Shown one piece after another: positions 1 to 9,214 of a stretch of 64,000 nucleotides of DNA. Source of the DNA: an uncultured Candidatus Saccharibacteria bacterium (GTDB lineage Bacteria; Patescibacteriota; Doudnabacteria; UBA920; 2-01-FULL-46-14). The position numbers and the translations under genes are program-made. The notes under the pieces are model-generated. The model was not told the origin of the DNA. It worked only from the letters and a program-made list of their open reading frames with translations, and did not search any database. Position 1 is the first letter of the stretch. Each line of letters starts with the position of its first letter. The stretch is taken from NCBI GenBank assembly GCA_964360335.1, contig CAYHVH010000002.1:804-64803 (forward strand), given 5' to 3'.

Positions 1-900
1 AAACTTAAAAATCAGTCCATGCATGTTCGTCAGGACCTGGCGCGACATGCGGCAAAATGGTGCTGGATGCCTTATGAATATATAGGTCCCAAGGTATGGA
101 CACAACAGGATTTTTTAGATCGGATTCTTAAATTTGCAAAAAAGAGACAAGAGGCAAACCGTTTGATTAGGGAAAAACTTGCCTACCTGCGTAGATTAAA
201 AACAAGACAAAATTTTCTTGTAAAAAAATACAAAATCTCGAGGGAGGACTTGCGCTTTGTGAACAATTTGCGGCAAATTGCCACGATGCAGGACGAAAAG
301 AAATACAATTGCAGTATAGCCCAGTATGCTTTACAGGAGGCAATCTTTAAACGCATCGCGGACAAATTACATCTTAGTAACCATCAGTTCTGTATGAAAT
401 TTACCGAGGAGGAGCTTTCGAGGGCTCTAAAGAGGGGTGATGCAAATTCAATTACGAAATTGCTACCGGAGCGGCTTAAAGCAATATCTGCGATAGCGAC
501 TCCCCGCCAATTAGTAATCGTGTCGGGTAACAAGGCAATAAGATTTTATGATAAATTCAATCCCAAACTTTCCGGTGCCGAATTTTTAAAGGGACAAATT
601 GCCTCGCGTGGAACGGTACGAGGACTCGCCAAGATTCTAAATGGACCCTACGAGATTGCAAAAGTCAAGCGTGGCAATATTTTAATGGCGCCGATGACAA
701 CGCCTGATTATGTGCCGGCCATGCGTCGCGCTGCGGCAATTGTGACGAACGAAGGTGGTATGACATCGCATGCAGCCATAGTTTCCCGAGAGTTGGGCAT
801 TCCGTGCATAGTTGGGACCAAAATCGCGACTAGCATTTTCAAAAACGGCGACCTGGTCGAAGTGGATGCAAATAAAGGAGTTGTGAGGAAGTTGAAATAA
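1..900 (+). CDS. PEP-utilising-enzyme mobile (phosphohistidine swivel) domain protein, paralog 1; 5'-partial (runs off window start)
   Basis: Reading frame is open from nt 1 (no in-frame stop before the Met at 19). C-terminal ~100 aa carries G-x-aS-x-G...GGMTSHAAIVSRELGIPCIVG, the PEP-utilizers domain signature with a catalytic His. Its W-x-P motif (WCWMPYEY) sits ~200 aa deep in the other paralogs, so roughly 200 codons lie upstream of the window. Confidence 0.8.
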   Translation, partial: KLKNQSMHVRQDLARHAAKWCWMPYEYIGPKVWTQQDFLDRILKFAKKRQEANRLIREKLAYLRRLKTRQNFLVKKYKISREDLRFVNNLRQIATMQDEKKYNCSIAQYALQEAIFKRIADKLHLSNHQFCMKFTEEELSRALKRGDANSITKLLPERLKAISAIATPRQLVIVSGNKAIRFYDKFNPKLSGAEFLKGQIASRGTVRGLAKILNGPYEIAKVKRGNILMAPMTTPDYVPAMRRAAAIVTNEGGMTSHAAIVSRELGIPCIVGTKIATSIFKNGDLVEVDANKGVVRKLK

Positions 901-2399
901 TGCCTGATTATTCTTACATTTACAAAACCAAGTTTCGGAAAATGGGGAAATGGAATTTACTGCCCGCTGACAGCAATTGCAACTGGCATTCCGAGGAGAC
1001 CTCCCGATACTTCAAAAAGATTTTCGGGTTTGGCAAAGGCACCTTCATTATCCAAACCCTGGATGATGACATGCAACACGCTTATTTTCCGCAGTTTTAT
1101 ATAGATAAAATTTATAATTTCATTCTCAGAACGAATAAACAGCATTATAAAAAGTTCGCGAGGATTATCAGCAGTTTTTATCCTTTGCGGAGACAAGCTG
1201 TCAAAGCAATCCCTAAAACCGGAAAAATCGATTTAAAAAAACTTTCAAACAGGAAGCTTGTTGAAGTCTTTAAGTACAACCGTGATTGGGCGCATCGGGT
1301 GACTCCATATGACCAATTTGGCTGGATTGCCGAGGATTATTGGAACCCGGTCATGGAGAAAATCTTGGTCAGACATGGCTTGAAAAAAGGGTCGGATGAA
1401 TTTTTGCGAGTACTTTTTGTGCTGACCAAGCCCGAGGAAATTTCCACGACCTTGATGGAAAAGCGAGATGTCTTGGAACAAGCCATGAAAATAAAAGAGA
1501 AAAAGACCAATTTGATATCTGCTAGTAAATCATTGGCGAAAGAATACGGTTGGATACCGGTATTTACTTTTGGCACGCCCTGGGACAGTAAGCATTATGT
1601 TTCGGAACTGAAAGGAGTTTTGAAAAAAAGTCACCAGGGCCTTTGGCATGAGTATCTGAAACTGAAAAATTATAGACAGATAAGGAATCACGAGCTTCGG
1701 GATGTGGTCAGGAAATATAAGATTTCCAAAGAAGACTTGCAGAAATTCATTGATTTTGGCCTGGCCTTGGATGCCCGCAACGAAGCTGAATATCTGGTCA
1801 GCCTTTGCGGTTTCTACGTTTTACCAATCTATAGTGAAATAGCCAGAAGGTTGTACATTTCGGTTAAGCAGTTACGCAATCTGGTCAAAAGAGAAATTAT
1901 CGCGTGTCTGGAAGATAAAGCCAATGCCCAAGAGATTCTAGAAAATCAGGGCAAGATCATTGGTTGGGTTTTCGACAAAAGCATGTTGCATATGAAGTAT
2001 TTGGATTCCAAAGAAGCCCAAAAGTTTTTCAAGTATCTTAATAAAACTTCCAAAAATCTGCAGGGCAATGATGAAGCCAAAGGCATTTGCGCCAGCCCGG
2101 GCAAAGTTAAGGGCAAGGCGAAAATTATTCATTATCCAAGCGAGGGCGACAAAGTTAAAGAGGGCGATATTTTAATCACCCATGCCACGACTGTTGATTA
2201 CCTGCCGCCAATGAAACTCGCCGCGGCTTATGTTACGGAAGTAGGAGGTCTTACTTGCCATGCGGCCGTGGTGGCGCGTGAATTTGGCGTGCCATGTGTA
2301 GTTGGATTTAAAAACGCGACTAAGAATTTTAAAGACGGCGATTTGGTCGAGGTGGATGCGAATAAGGGGATTGTAAAATTGCTGAAAAAAGCCAAATAG
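900..2399 (+). CDS. PEP-utilising-enzyme swivel-domain protein, paralog 2 (499 aa)
   Basis: ATG at 900 overlaps the paralog 1 stop (TAATG). C-terminus GICASPGKVKGKAKII...GGLTCHAAVVAREFGVPCVVG...GDLVEVDANKG. The N-terminal ~390 aa is unique but shares the K-x-Y-x-W-I-P and EIARRLxxS motifs with the other paralogs. Confidence 0.85.
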   Translation: MPDYSYIYKTKFRKMGKWNLLPADSNCNWHSEETSRYFKKIFGFGKGTFIIQTLDDDMQHAYFPQFYIDKIYNFILRTNKQHYKKFARIISSFYPLRRQAVKAIPKTGKIDLKKLSNRKLVEVFKYNRDWAHRVTPYDQFGWIAEDYWNPVMEKILVRHGLKKGSDEFLRVLFVLTKPEEISTTLMEKRDVLEQAMKIKEKKTNLISASKSLAKEYGWIPVFTFGTPWDSKHYVSELKGVLKKSHQGLWHEYLKLKNYRQIRNHELRDVVRKYKISKEDLQKFIDFGLALDARNEAEYLVSLCGFYVLPIYSEIARRLYISVKQLRNLVKREIIACLEDKANAQEILENQGKIIGWVFDKSMLHMKYLDSKEAQKFFKYLNKTSKNLQGNDEAKGICASPGKVKGKAKIIHYPSEGDKVKEGDILITHATTVDYLPPMKLAAAYVTEVGGLTCHAAVVAREFGVPCVVGFKNATKNFKDGDLVEVDANKGIVKLLKKAK

Positions 2400-2405
2400 A
2401 CTTCT

Positions 2406-3503
2406 ATGAGCAGGTCTATTATCAAAAAAATTCGTGGCAAGAAGTTCATCCGAGCTTGGGATCATTATGATTCGCCAGTATTGTGGGTCGAATTTTTATG
2501 GATAGCTGATATGCAAAAAATGAAAAAACTATTCGGATTTACATATGGTGGCCATTGTTTTGTTTCAAGAAGTCAAAAAACAAGTTTTTACATCAATGCC
2601 GCCAGCGAAAAGAAAGCAACTAAACTGGGAGCTGAGTATTTTTCGAAACCCACTTTTCTTAAAAAATATATTAGTCAAAGTTTACAGGCCGAACAGCGGC
2701 TGTTGAATATTGTGAAAAATTTCAACGAATCTAAAGTTAGACAGTGGAGTAATAAGCAAATAAGAAAGTACTTCAATCCTTTCTGTGACGCCTTTTCCAC
2801 AATAATGGCCTACTATAGAATTTCGCGCCCGGAGTTTTATAAAAAAACTATACTAAATGCTGACTTAGCTCATAAACTAAGGCCGCTAGGTAAAAGAAGA
2901 TTTCATATGCATCGCACATGGATGGAAGCTTTTGAAAAAGCAGAGCCTTTGTTTGCTGAAATTGCCAAAAGAGCTGGCCTGACCACGATGGAAATTATAA
3001 ACTGTACACAGCGAGAGGTGAATACGATCTTAGATAAGTCGGGAATCCCAGTCAATCTGAAAGAAAGAATAAAAGGATTTGAGTTTATATATAAAGAAAA
3101 CAACTTTATTCTGAATACTTTACGTCTTAATGCTAATGTATTGGAGCCAAGGAAGAATATCACTTCGGTTTCGGGACACAATGCTTTCCCTGGAATTGTA
3201 AAAGGAAAAGTTTTATTTATAGCCGAATCTTTGAAAAAAATAACTTTGCCTATGAACGATGTGCCCAAGAGAGCTGTGCTAGTGACTAATATGACCTCAC
3301 CTAATATGCTCTCAATTATGAAAAAGGCCGTTGCGTTTGTTACTGATGAAGGAGGTATGCTTTGCCATGCAGCTATTGTCGCACGTGAGATGAAAAAACC
3401 TTGCATAATCGGCACCAAAATCGCAACCAAAGTCCTGAAGGACGGCGATTTGGTCGAAGTAGATGCGAATAGGGGAGTCGTCAGAATCTTGAAAAGATCT
3501 TGA
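2406..3503 (+). CDS. PEP-utilising-enzyme swivel-domain protein, paralog 3 (365 aa)
   Basis: ATG at 2406 lies 7 nt after the previous stop. C-terminus GGMLCHAAIVAREMKKPCIIGTKIATKVLKDGDLVEVDANRG. N-terminal region is AT-rich and divergent. Confidence 0.85.
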   Translation: MSRSIIKKIRGKKFIRAWDHYDSPVLWVEFLWIADMQKMKKLFGFTYGGHCFVSRSQKTSFYINAASEKKATKLGAEYFSKPTFLKKYISQSLQAEQRLLNIVKNFNESKVRQWSNKQIRKYFNPFCDAFSTIMAYYRISRPEFYKKTILNADLAHKLRPLGKRRFHMHRTWMEAFEKAEPLFAEIAKRAGLTTMEIINCTQREVNTILDKSGIPVNLKERIKGFEFIYKENNFILNTLRLNANVLEPRKNITSVSGHNAFPGIVKGKVLFIAESLKKITLPMNDVPKRAVLVTNMTSPNMLSIMKKAVAFVTDEGGMLCHAAIVAREMKKPCIIGTKIATKVLKDGDLVEVDANRGVVRILKRS

Positions 3504-3504
3504 C

Positions 3505-3541
3505 ATAGAATTCTATATAGAATATTATATAGTTGAAAGGA
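3505..3541 (+). promoter_or_regulatory. Palindromic operator-like site plus RBS upstream of the antitoxin gene
   Basis: Perfect palindrome ATAGAATTCTAT at 3505-3516, followed by an A/T-rich TATA stretch and AAAGGAG 7 nt before the ATG at 3549. This is the usual arrangement for an autoregulated TA operon. Confidence 0.4.
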
Positions 3542-3548
3542 GACTAAT

Positions 3549-3833
3549 ATGCCAAAAATAAGCATTTTACCCGAGACCGCCTCGGTTCAGGAAATTCAGA
3601 GAAATTATCGTCGGCTCCTCGACAAAGTCAAGTCTACAAGGACGCCTTTATTTATTTTGCGCAATAGCCTTCCCGAAGCAGTAATTGTTGATGTCAAATC
3701 CTGGAATGAAATAGTTACCCGCTTGCAAAAGGAAGAGGAGAGGTTAGCTTTAGAGGCCATAAAAACCTTCGAAACAGAGCGAAGGCGAGGTAAACTGAAG
3801 CTTTTGAAGGGCTCTCTTGCGGATTTAATTTAG
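3549..3833 (+). CDS. Phd/YefM-family antitoxin
   Basis: 94-aa protein with an N-terminal motif (VQEIQRNYRRLLDKVKSTRTPLFILRNSLPEAVIVDVKSW) typical of Phd/YefM. Stop sits 6 nt before the toxin ATG. Confidence 0.8.
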   Translation: MPKISILPETASVQEIQRNYRRLLDKVKSTRTPLFILRNSLPEAVIVDVKSWNEIVTRLQKEEERLALEAIKTFETERRRGKLKLLKGSLADLI

Positions 3834-3839
3834 TACCGC

Positions 3840-4106
3840 ATGGAAATTCGTGAGATTTATTATTCTGAGCATTTCAAAAGGGCTCTGAAAAAATTACCAG
3901 CAGAGCTTAAACCACAAATAAGAACCAGGGAAAAGATTTTTAAAAAGAACTGTTTTGACCCGAGGCTTAAAACACACAAGCTGTCAGGTGCACTGAAAAA
4001 CTTCTGGTCTTTCTCAATCACGCATTCCCACCGCGTTCTTTTTCAGTTTTTAGGAGAGAGGAGGGTAGGTTTTATTGATGTAGGGGACCACTCGATTTAT
4101 CAGTAA
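3840..4106 (+). CDS. RelE/ParE-superfamily (YoeB-like) toxin
   Basis: 88 aa. The ...KLSGALKNFWSFSITHSHRVLFQF...IDVGDHSIY pattern is typical of the RelE/YoeB mRNA-interferase fold. Paired with the upstream antitoxin. Confidence 0.8.
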   Translation: MEIREIYYSEHFKRALKKLPAELKPQIRTREKIFKKNCFDPRLKTHKLSGALKNFWSFSITHSHRVLFQFLGERRVGFIDVGDHSIYQ

Positions 4107-4142
4107 ATTTTATATCCTCCAAAGCTGCCCGATTACGACGCT

Positions 4143-5597
4143 ATGAACCGAAAAGGAATTAATTGGCTAGAGGTTGCCAGGCGAGCGAAAGTCCAGTCTA
4201 CCCTGATTACTGATGCCGCTGCCGAAGGCATCAAGCGCGGATACTATAAAAAGTTTCACGACAACAAAGTCAATTTAACTGCCTACCGTCACTTTGATGC
4301 ATCACGGTCGTTTGATGAGGCGGAAGTTGGCTCGGTCGTGGAGTGGCTCTCGGGACAGGAGAAAAAACGCCCTGGCTTTTTGATTCATTTCGCTCGAAAA
4401 TTAGCCAGGGTTTATCTCAATTTTGCAACATGGGCACACAACACAGTTTATACAGATCCGAAAAAATTCTCAAATAGCGAGTTGGCGCGAAGTTTTTGGA
4501 ATTTTTACGTTAGGAGCTTCTGGTTGGTTAATGACTACGATTATATTTTTGTAAACCGTTTTCTCCCCGACGAAATTACCGAAGCGGTCGCCAAAAAAGT
4601 GCCTGATCTTCACAGGCAGACCCAATACCTTTCTGTCCTTTTCGCCACAGACGAGGTGACCCAGATAAAAGCCGATAAATTGAGTATTCATCGGATAGCA
4701 AGTCGGGTTTTAAAGGGTGAAGGTATCGATTCTACGTCGATAAATTCTGCGATTGAGGTTCATTGGAAAAAATTTAAACATTTAAATCGCTATTACTACT
4801 TGCAGCTTGATTACTCGATTGCCGACATTAAACGACGGGTAAGGTTGACTTTGAAAAAACTTCAAAGGAGGAAAAAAGAGTCCGAGATGAACGTTGCCCA
4901 GGAAAGCAGAAGAATATTGGCCAGTCTAGCGTTTCCCCCGAGACTCGTCAAGAAAGTTTATGCAATCAAATCTTTTGGTTACTTGTCTAATGTGTTCGAT
5001 GAAACCATAACTTTTGCAATAAGCCAGTACGACCCGCTGTTTTTGGAAATCGCGCGTCGGCTGGGCCTTACCCGTACGGAACTTGTAATGGCACGGGGTG
5101 AGGAGATCGTAGACGCACTTGTCCACGGCTTAAGAAAAGATTTGAAAAAGCAGCTTCATCTTAGGAGCCAAGATTATGCGCTGGTTTTAGAGAGAGGAGA
5201 GATTGAAATCTTCACAGGAACACAACTCGCACTATACCGAAAACAGGAGCTTAAATCTGAAAATATTTCAAACAGGCTGCGCGTGCTGAAGGGGCAGGCG
5301 GCTTCGCCAGGAAAGGTCCGGGGCCGGGTTAAAGTTCTGTGGGACCTGGAAGAAATAAACAAGGTTAAAAAGGGCGATATTCTAGTTGCCCCCTCCACTT
5401 ACCCCGCCCTTGTACCTGCTATGGAAAAATCAGCAGCGATAGTGACGAACGAAGGAGGACTTCTTTCTCACGCCGCCATTGTCAGTCGAGAAATTGGGAT
5501 TCCTTGCGTCGTCGGCACGAAAATCGCCACCAAAGTCCTCAAAGACGGGGATTTGGTGGAGGTGGATGCGAATAAAGGGGTTGTGCGTAAGTTATGA
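4143..5597 (+). CDS. PEP-utilising-enzyme swivel-domain protein, paralog 4 (484 aa)
   Basis: C-terminus GQAASPGKVRGRVKVL...GGLLSHAAIVSREIGIPCVVGTKIATKVLKDGDLVEVDANKGVVRKL. Stop overlaps the next gene's start (ATGA). Confidence 0.85.
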   Translation: MNRKGINWLEVARRAKVQSTLITDAAAEGIKRGYYKKFHDNKVNLTAYRHFDASRSFDEAEVGSVVEWLSGQEKKRPGFLIHFARKLARVYLNFATWAHNTVYTDPKKFSNSELARSFWNFYVRSFWLVNDYDYIFVNRFLPDEITEAVAKKVPDLHRQTQYLSVLFATDEVTQIKADKLSIHRIASRVLKGEGIDSTSINSAIEVHWKKFKHLNRYYYLQLDYSIADIKRRVRLTLKKLQRRKKESEMNVAQESRRILASLAFPPRLVKKVYAIKSFGYLSNVFDETITFAISQYDPLFLEIARRLGLTRTELVMARGEEIVDALVHGLRKDLKKQLHLRSQDYALVLERGEIEIFTGTQLALYRKQELKSENISNRLRVLKGQAASPGKVRGRVKVLWDLEEINKVKKGDILVAPSTYPALVPAMEKSAAIVTNEGGLLSHAAIVSREIGIPCVVGTKIATKVLKDGDLVEVDANKGVVRKL

Positions 5598-6199
5598 GCA
5601 AAATTAAGCTCATCATCGTCGATTTTTACGGGGTATTAACCTTGGGCAGTTACCGCGAGACATGTCAGTGGATAGCGAAAAAATTCGGGCTAGACTACGA
5701 TAAAGTCTACAAAATCTTTTACTTTAAGTATTTCAATAAAGCGGCGCTGGGGAAGATTACAGAAAGACAATCCTTCGAGCTTCCCCTGAAAGAACTGGGT
5801 CTAAATGAGGATTGGCAAAAGCTCCGCCGGAAACATTTGTCTTTTCAGAAACTTAATAAACCGGTTTTTAGATTTTTTTTGAGTTTACAGAACAGAGGCT
5901 TTCGGATTCTGTTACTTTCAAAAAACACCCCCCGTCAGTTCAAGGAGACGGTCAAGCGACTGCGAATCAGAAGGTATTTCAAAACTATCATTAATACCTT
6001 TGATTTGCGGTTACCCAAAGCCAGCCCCAAAATGATAAAATATGTTCTGGCCAAATTTAAAATACAGCCTGGCGAGGCGGTATTTGTTGATGACCAAGAT
6101 TTTAACCTCGCAGCGCCAAGACGTTTAGGTGTTCATACAATCCTTTACAAAAATTTTCGCGACCTCAAACGCCGGGTCGAGAGATTACTATACTCCTGA
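5594..6199 (+). CDS. HAD-superfamily hydrolase (phosphatase-like)
   Basis: N-terminal IVDFYGVL (DxYGx motif I) and VFVDDQ (motif IV). 201 aa. Translationally coupled to paralog 4. Confidence 0.7.
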   Translation: MSKIKLIIVDFYGVLTLGSYRETCQWIAKKFGLDYDKVYKIFYFKYFNKAALGKITERQSFELPLKELGLNEDWQKLRRKHLSFQKLNKPVFRFFLSLQNRGFRILLLSKNTPRQFKETVKRLRIRRYFKTIINTFDLRLPKASPKMIKYVLAKFKIQPGEAVFVDDQDFNLAAPRRLGVHTILYKNFRDLKRRVERLLYS

Positions 6200-6895
6200 T
6201 TTGCTTTTGTGTGTTTTGGTTTTTAGGTAGTTGCGGAAAAAAGCAAGTTTAGTTTTGTCCTTTTGCCAGCCAAAGGCGTCGTCCACATACCAGTGCAGAA
6301 GCGTGCGCGCGTCTTTTGAAATGATTTTATGCCGGTACGAATAGTTAATAATATCATAGAGATCGCAAAAGGACTGGAGTCGCACTTTGCTGGGTTTAAT
6401 CCAACGACGATACTTCTTGGCATCTTGTCTGCGGTTTGACCTGGAGACCGGAACAATTACCCAATTTATTTTCAAACCCGCTTGTCTGATGTTCTTTATG
6501 AATTTTACCTTGGAAGCCCCGTGCCCCGTAGCGTCATCCACGAGAATCGCGGTCATTCCTTTTTTGAAGTTTCCTTCCAGTGCTTGCGCTGTCCCGCCCT
6601 TTTTCGGCTCTTTGCGAACGTAACCGTGAAGTTTACCCGACATTAGAGAGAGGGCGGTAGCGATTGGTATGCCTGCAGTAACTCCGCCAATAATGCAATC
6701 AAATTTTATTTTCTTGTCCCTTATGAACTTTAGTATTTCTTGGCAAATTATTTTCAGTCTTCGCGGATCAGAAAAGGTCTTTCGCAAATCGGGATAAATC
6801 GGCACATAATTGCCGCTGGTGGTGACTTTGGGCCCTATGACGTAAAAACCCGGTGTTCCGGCAAAAATCTTGATAATGTTTGCACTTTTTACCAT
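6188..6895 (-). CDS. Type I phosphoribosyltransferase (orotate-PRTase-like) with C-terminal extension
   Basis: PRPP-binding loop ILVDDATGHGAS preceded by GGVTAGIPIATAL. The ORF-track N-terminal extension (to 7090) is rejected; start placed at Met66 (ATG whose complement is at 6893-6895). Confidence 0.65.
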   Translation of the reverse strand: MVKSANIIKIFAGTPGFYVIGPKVTTSGNYVPIYPDLRKTFSDPRRLKIICQEILKFIRDKKIKFDCIIGGVTAGIPIATALSLMSGKLHGYVRKEPKKGGTAQALEGNFKKGMTAILVDDATGHGASKVKFIKNIRQAGLKINWVIVPVSRSNRRQDAKKYRRWIKPSKVRLQSFCDLYDIINYSYRHKIISKDARTLLHWYVDDAFGWQKDKTKLAFFRNYLKTKTHKSKSGV

Positions 6896-6986
6896 AGCTG
6901 GATTTAGTATATAAATTCCCGGACAAAAAAAGAAGGGCGGCGCAGAGCTTTTCCAGCTCTGGCCGCCCCGAATCAGTGGAGCCGGC

Positions 6987-7595
6987 CTACTGTCGGCCGA
7001 GGTTGCCGAGGTAGTCGACGTCGAGCAGGCAGTCGCTCTCAAAGGTGAGGATTGCCACGCTACCCGCTTCGAAGCGTGTACCGACCGCATCTAGTTCGAC
7101 TCCCAGCAGCGCGGCCAGTACCGGTTCCAGTCTGCCGCCGCCGTGACTGGCGATCCCGATAATTTTGCCCGGATAACCCCGGACATACTCCAGAATGGCC
7201 TCCGCCCCCTCTTTTCCACGAGCCATGAGTTGCTCGCGGAATTGAGGATCGCTTAATAGCAGTTCTTCAGCCGAAGTGCCGGTTTCCGTTGCGCGTTTCT
7301 TGAGAGCATCAATCTCTTCCGGCGCAAAGGGGTACCGACCGAGCAAAGCGTCCCCCAGTCGGGGATCGGCACTCGTGAGCGGGACGACTTCCCCCATCCC
7401 AATCATGTTGCAGTAGAGCGTGTCGATCGAGCGGAATTGCGGGGACGAAACCGCGACATCGATTGTTAAGCCCATTTCCTTCAGCCTGGAGCCGGATCTA
7501 ACCGCCCTTTTCCTGGATTCCTCCGGTAGCGCGTTCAAGGGCACATCCGAGCCTTCCCGGCTTTCGTGCCGGATAAACAAAACGGTTGTCTTCAT
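6987..7595 (-). CDS. Histidine-phosphatase superfamily protein (PGAM/SixA branch)
   Basis: N-terminal LFIRHESREG (RH catalytic dyad) and C-terminal GIASHGGG (second catalytic His). 202 aa. Visibly more GC-rich than its neighbours. Confidence 0.75.
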   Translation of the reverse strand: MKTTVLFIRHESREGSDVPLNALPEESRKRAVRSGSRLKEMGLTIDVAVSSPQFRSIDTLYCNMIGMGEVVPLTSADPRLGDALLGRYPFAPEEIDALKKRATETGTSAEELLLSDPQFREQLMARGKEGAEAILEYVRGYPGKIIGIASHGGGRLEPVLAALLGVELDAVGTRFEAGSVAILTFESDCLLDVDYLGNLGRQ

Positions 7596-7637
7596 CTTCC
7601 CCTCCGATTTTGGTTTTGGCCATCAAGAGTAGCATGT

Positions 7638-7666
7638 TTGCGGCTGTCCGTCAAGCTCTATATAAT
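7638..7666 (+). promoter_or_regulatory. Sigma-70-like promoter (TTGCGG-17-TATAAT) for paralog 5
   Basis: TTGCGG at 7638-7643, a 17-nt spacer, then TATAAT at 7661-7666. The in-frame ATG at 7679 is 12 nt downstream, giving a near-leaderless transcript. Confidence 0.4.
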
Positions 7667-7678
7667 TCAAATCAGAAT

Positions 7679-9214
7679 ATGGCTATCATTTGGAAAAAAA
7701 AGGAAGCATTGCGCTGCGATTTCAATGTTCCGGCCGACACGATTCCCGGCTGGTATCACCTGCAGACGAAAACCATCGGCCAACACGCGATCACGAAAAG
7801 TCTTTTTGTTTTTGAAAACGGGGTCTTGGCCGGCTATTACCTTCCCAAAAAAGAGCTGCGAAAAATCGCAACTCTCACTCTGCGAGCGGTATTGGAAAAC
7901 CCGACGCGCATCGACCGCGTTCACAAACGAGCCACGGATCTTAACTGGCAGTATTTTCGTTTTGCCGAAAAAATCCGGAAGCTTGATTTAACCAAGCTTA
8001 CCAACCGACAACTCCTTAAGCTCCATTCGCGGCTTTTTAGATTACAGATGCTGAGTCACTGCTATGCTCAACCCACGACTTGGTTTGTGGACAGTGACGG
8101 AAACGATTTAACTAATTATTTGATGAATTTCCTGAAGCGGCGAATTCAGGCCACTCGGGAAAGACTGGATTTTGCCGCTGCTTTCAGCATTTTGACGACA
8201 CCTTCCAGGATAACGCTCGGCAGTCAGGAAGAGAAAGAGTCACTGCAAATCCTGGAGTGGATACAAAAGCAGGCGAAAGTGAAGAACTGGTTTCTTGCCA
8301 AGAACCGTTCGCCATTAAGCCAGAAGTTCACGCAGCTTCCCGCGGCCGCCAGAAGCAAACTTTACCGCCATTATTACAAATGGACCTGGCTCCCGTACGC
8401 ATACACCGGGCCCCCATATAGCTTGGATTATTATTTGGATGTCTGGAGAGGGCTGTTGCGGGAAAGAGTAAATCCGCAAAAGGAGATTAAGGGAAAATCG
8501 CAGCAAGCCCTGGAAACGCGCAGGCGACATGCTGTTCTGTTCAAAAAGCTCAAATTTAGCGGCTATGAAAAGAAATTATTTGATACTGCTGCCGACATCG
8601 TCTGGCTTAAAGGGTTTCGCAAGGATTGTTATTTTCACGGTTTTTTCGTCCTGGATTTGATCCTTGCAGAAATCGGCAAGCGCACGGGTTTAGCCTTGAA
8701 GCAGGTAAAGTTTTTGCTGCCGCTGGAACTGCCCCTGGCGTTGCGCGGCAAAGACCTGACAAATCTTGTGAACGAAAGGATCAATTTCTCGCTGCTGTAT
8801 GGGGTCAAGGGGCGCATCAAAGCTTTGAGTGGCAGAGCCGCGCATGTTTTCTTGAAAAAATTCCGCTTTCAAAGGGAGAGGCGAGAAAGTTTTGGGGGTA
8901 AGCTCTTCGGTACTTGCGCTTGTCCAGGGGCGGCGAGGGGAGCGGTGAGGATCGTGAACTATCCCGAGGAAATGGGCAGGATGAAATCCGGCGATATCAT
9001 GTTGGCGACGCAGACTTATCCGTCATTGGTGCCGGCCATGAAAAAAGCGGCGGCAATCGTGACGGAAGAGGGCGGGCTCACTTGCCATGCCGCAATTGTC
9101 TCTCGAGAGCTCAAAATTCCCTGTATAGTAGGCATAAAGGGCCTGCTTACCTTTTTGAAAGATGGCGATAGGATAGAGGTGGATGCAAATAAAGGGGTGG
9201 TGAGGAAGTTATGA
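7679..9214 (+). CDS. PEP-utilising-enzyme swivel-domain protein, paralog 5
   Basis: C-terminus GTCACPGAARGAVRIV...GGLTCHAAIVSRELKIPCIVG...GDRIEVDANKGVVRKL. Start is ambiguous: the track uses TTG at 7586, and in-frame ATGs occur at 7634 and 7679. 7679 was chosen because of the upstream promoter-like box. Confidence 0.75.
   Translation: MAIIWKKKEALRCDFNVPADTIPGWYHLQTKTIGQHAITKSLFVFENGVLAGYYLPKKELRKIATLTLRAVLENPTRIDRVHKRATDLNWQYFRFAEKIRKLDLTKLTNRQLLKLHSRLFRLQMLSHCYAQPTTWFVDSDGNDLTNYLMNFLKRRIQATRERLDFAAAFSILTTPSRITLGSQEEKESLQILEWIQKQAKVKNWFLAKNRSPLSQKFTQLPAAARSKLYRHYYKWTWLPYAYTGPPYSLDYYLDVWRGLLRERVNPQKEIKGKSQQALETRRRHAVLFKKLKFSGYEKKLFDTAADIVWLKGFRKDCYFHGFFVLDLILAEIGKRTGLALKQVKFLLPLELPLALRGKDLTNLVNERINFSLLYGVKGRIKALSGRAAHVFLKKFRFQRERRESFGGKLFGTCACPGAARGAVRIVNYPEEMGRMKSGDIMLATQTYPSLVPAMKKAAAIVTEEGGLTCHAAIVSRELKIPCIVGIKGLLTFLKDGDRIEVDANKGVVRKL

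Noticed and set aside
6896-7090. N-terminal 65-codon extension of the PRTase ORF (track ORF 6188-7090), overlapping the 3' end of the histidine phosphatase gene
   Set aside because: The extension is Ser/Thr/Ala/Arg-rich low-complexity and overlaps the convergent neighbour. The PRTase fold begins at Met66 (MVKSANIIK...), so the start was moved to 6895.
7566-7991. ORF 7566-7991 (+, 141 aa) overlapping the start of paralog 5 in another frame
   Set aside because: It lies entirely within the paralog 5 region, whose frame is supported by full-length family homology. It is Arg/Cys-rich with no motifs.
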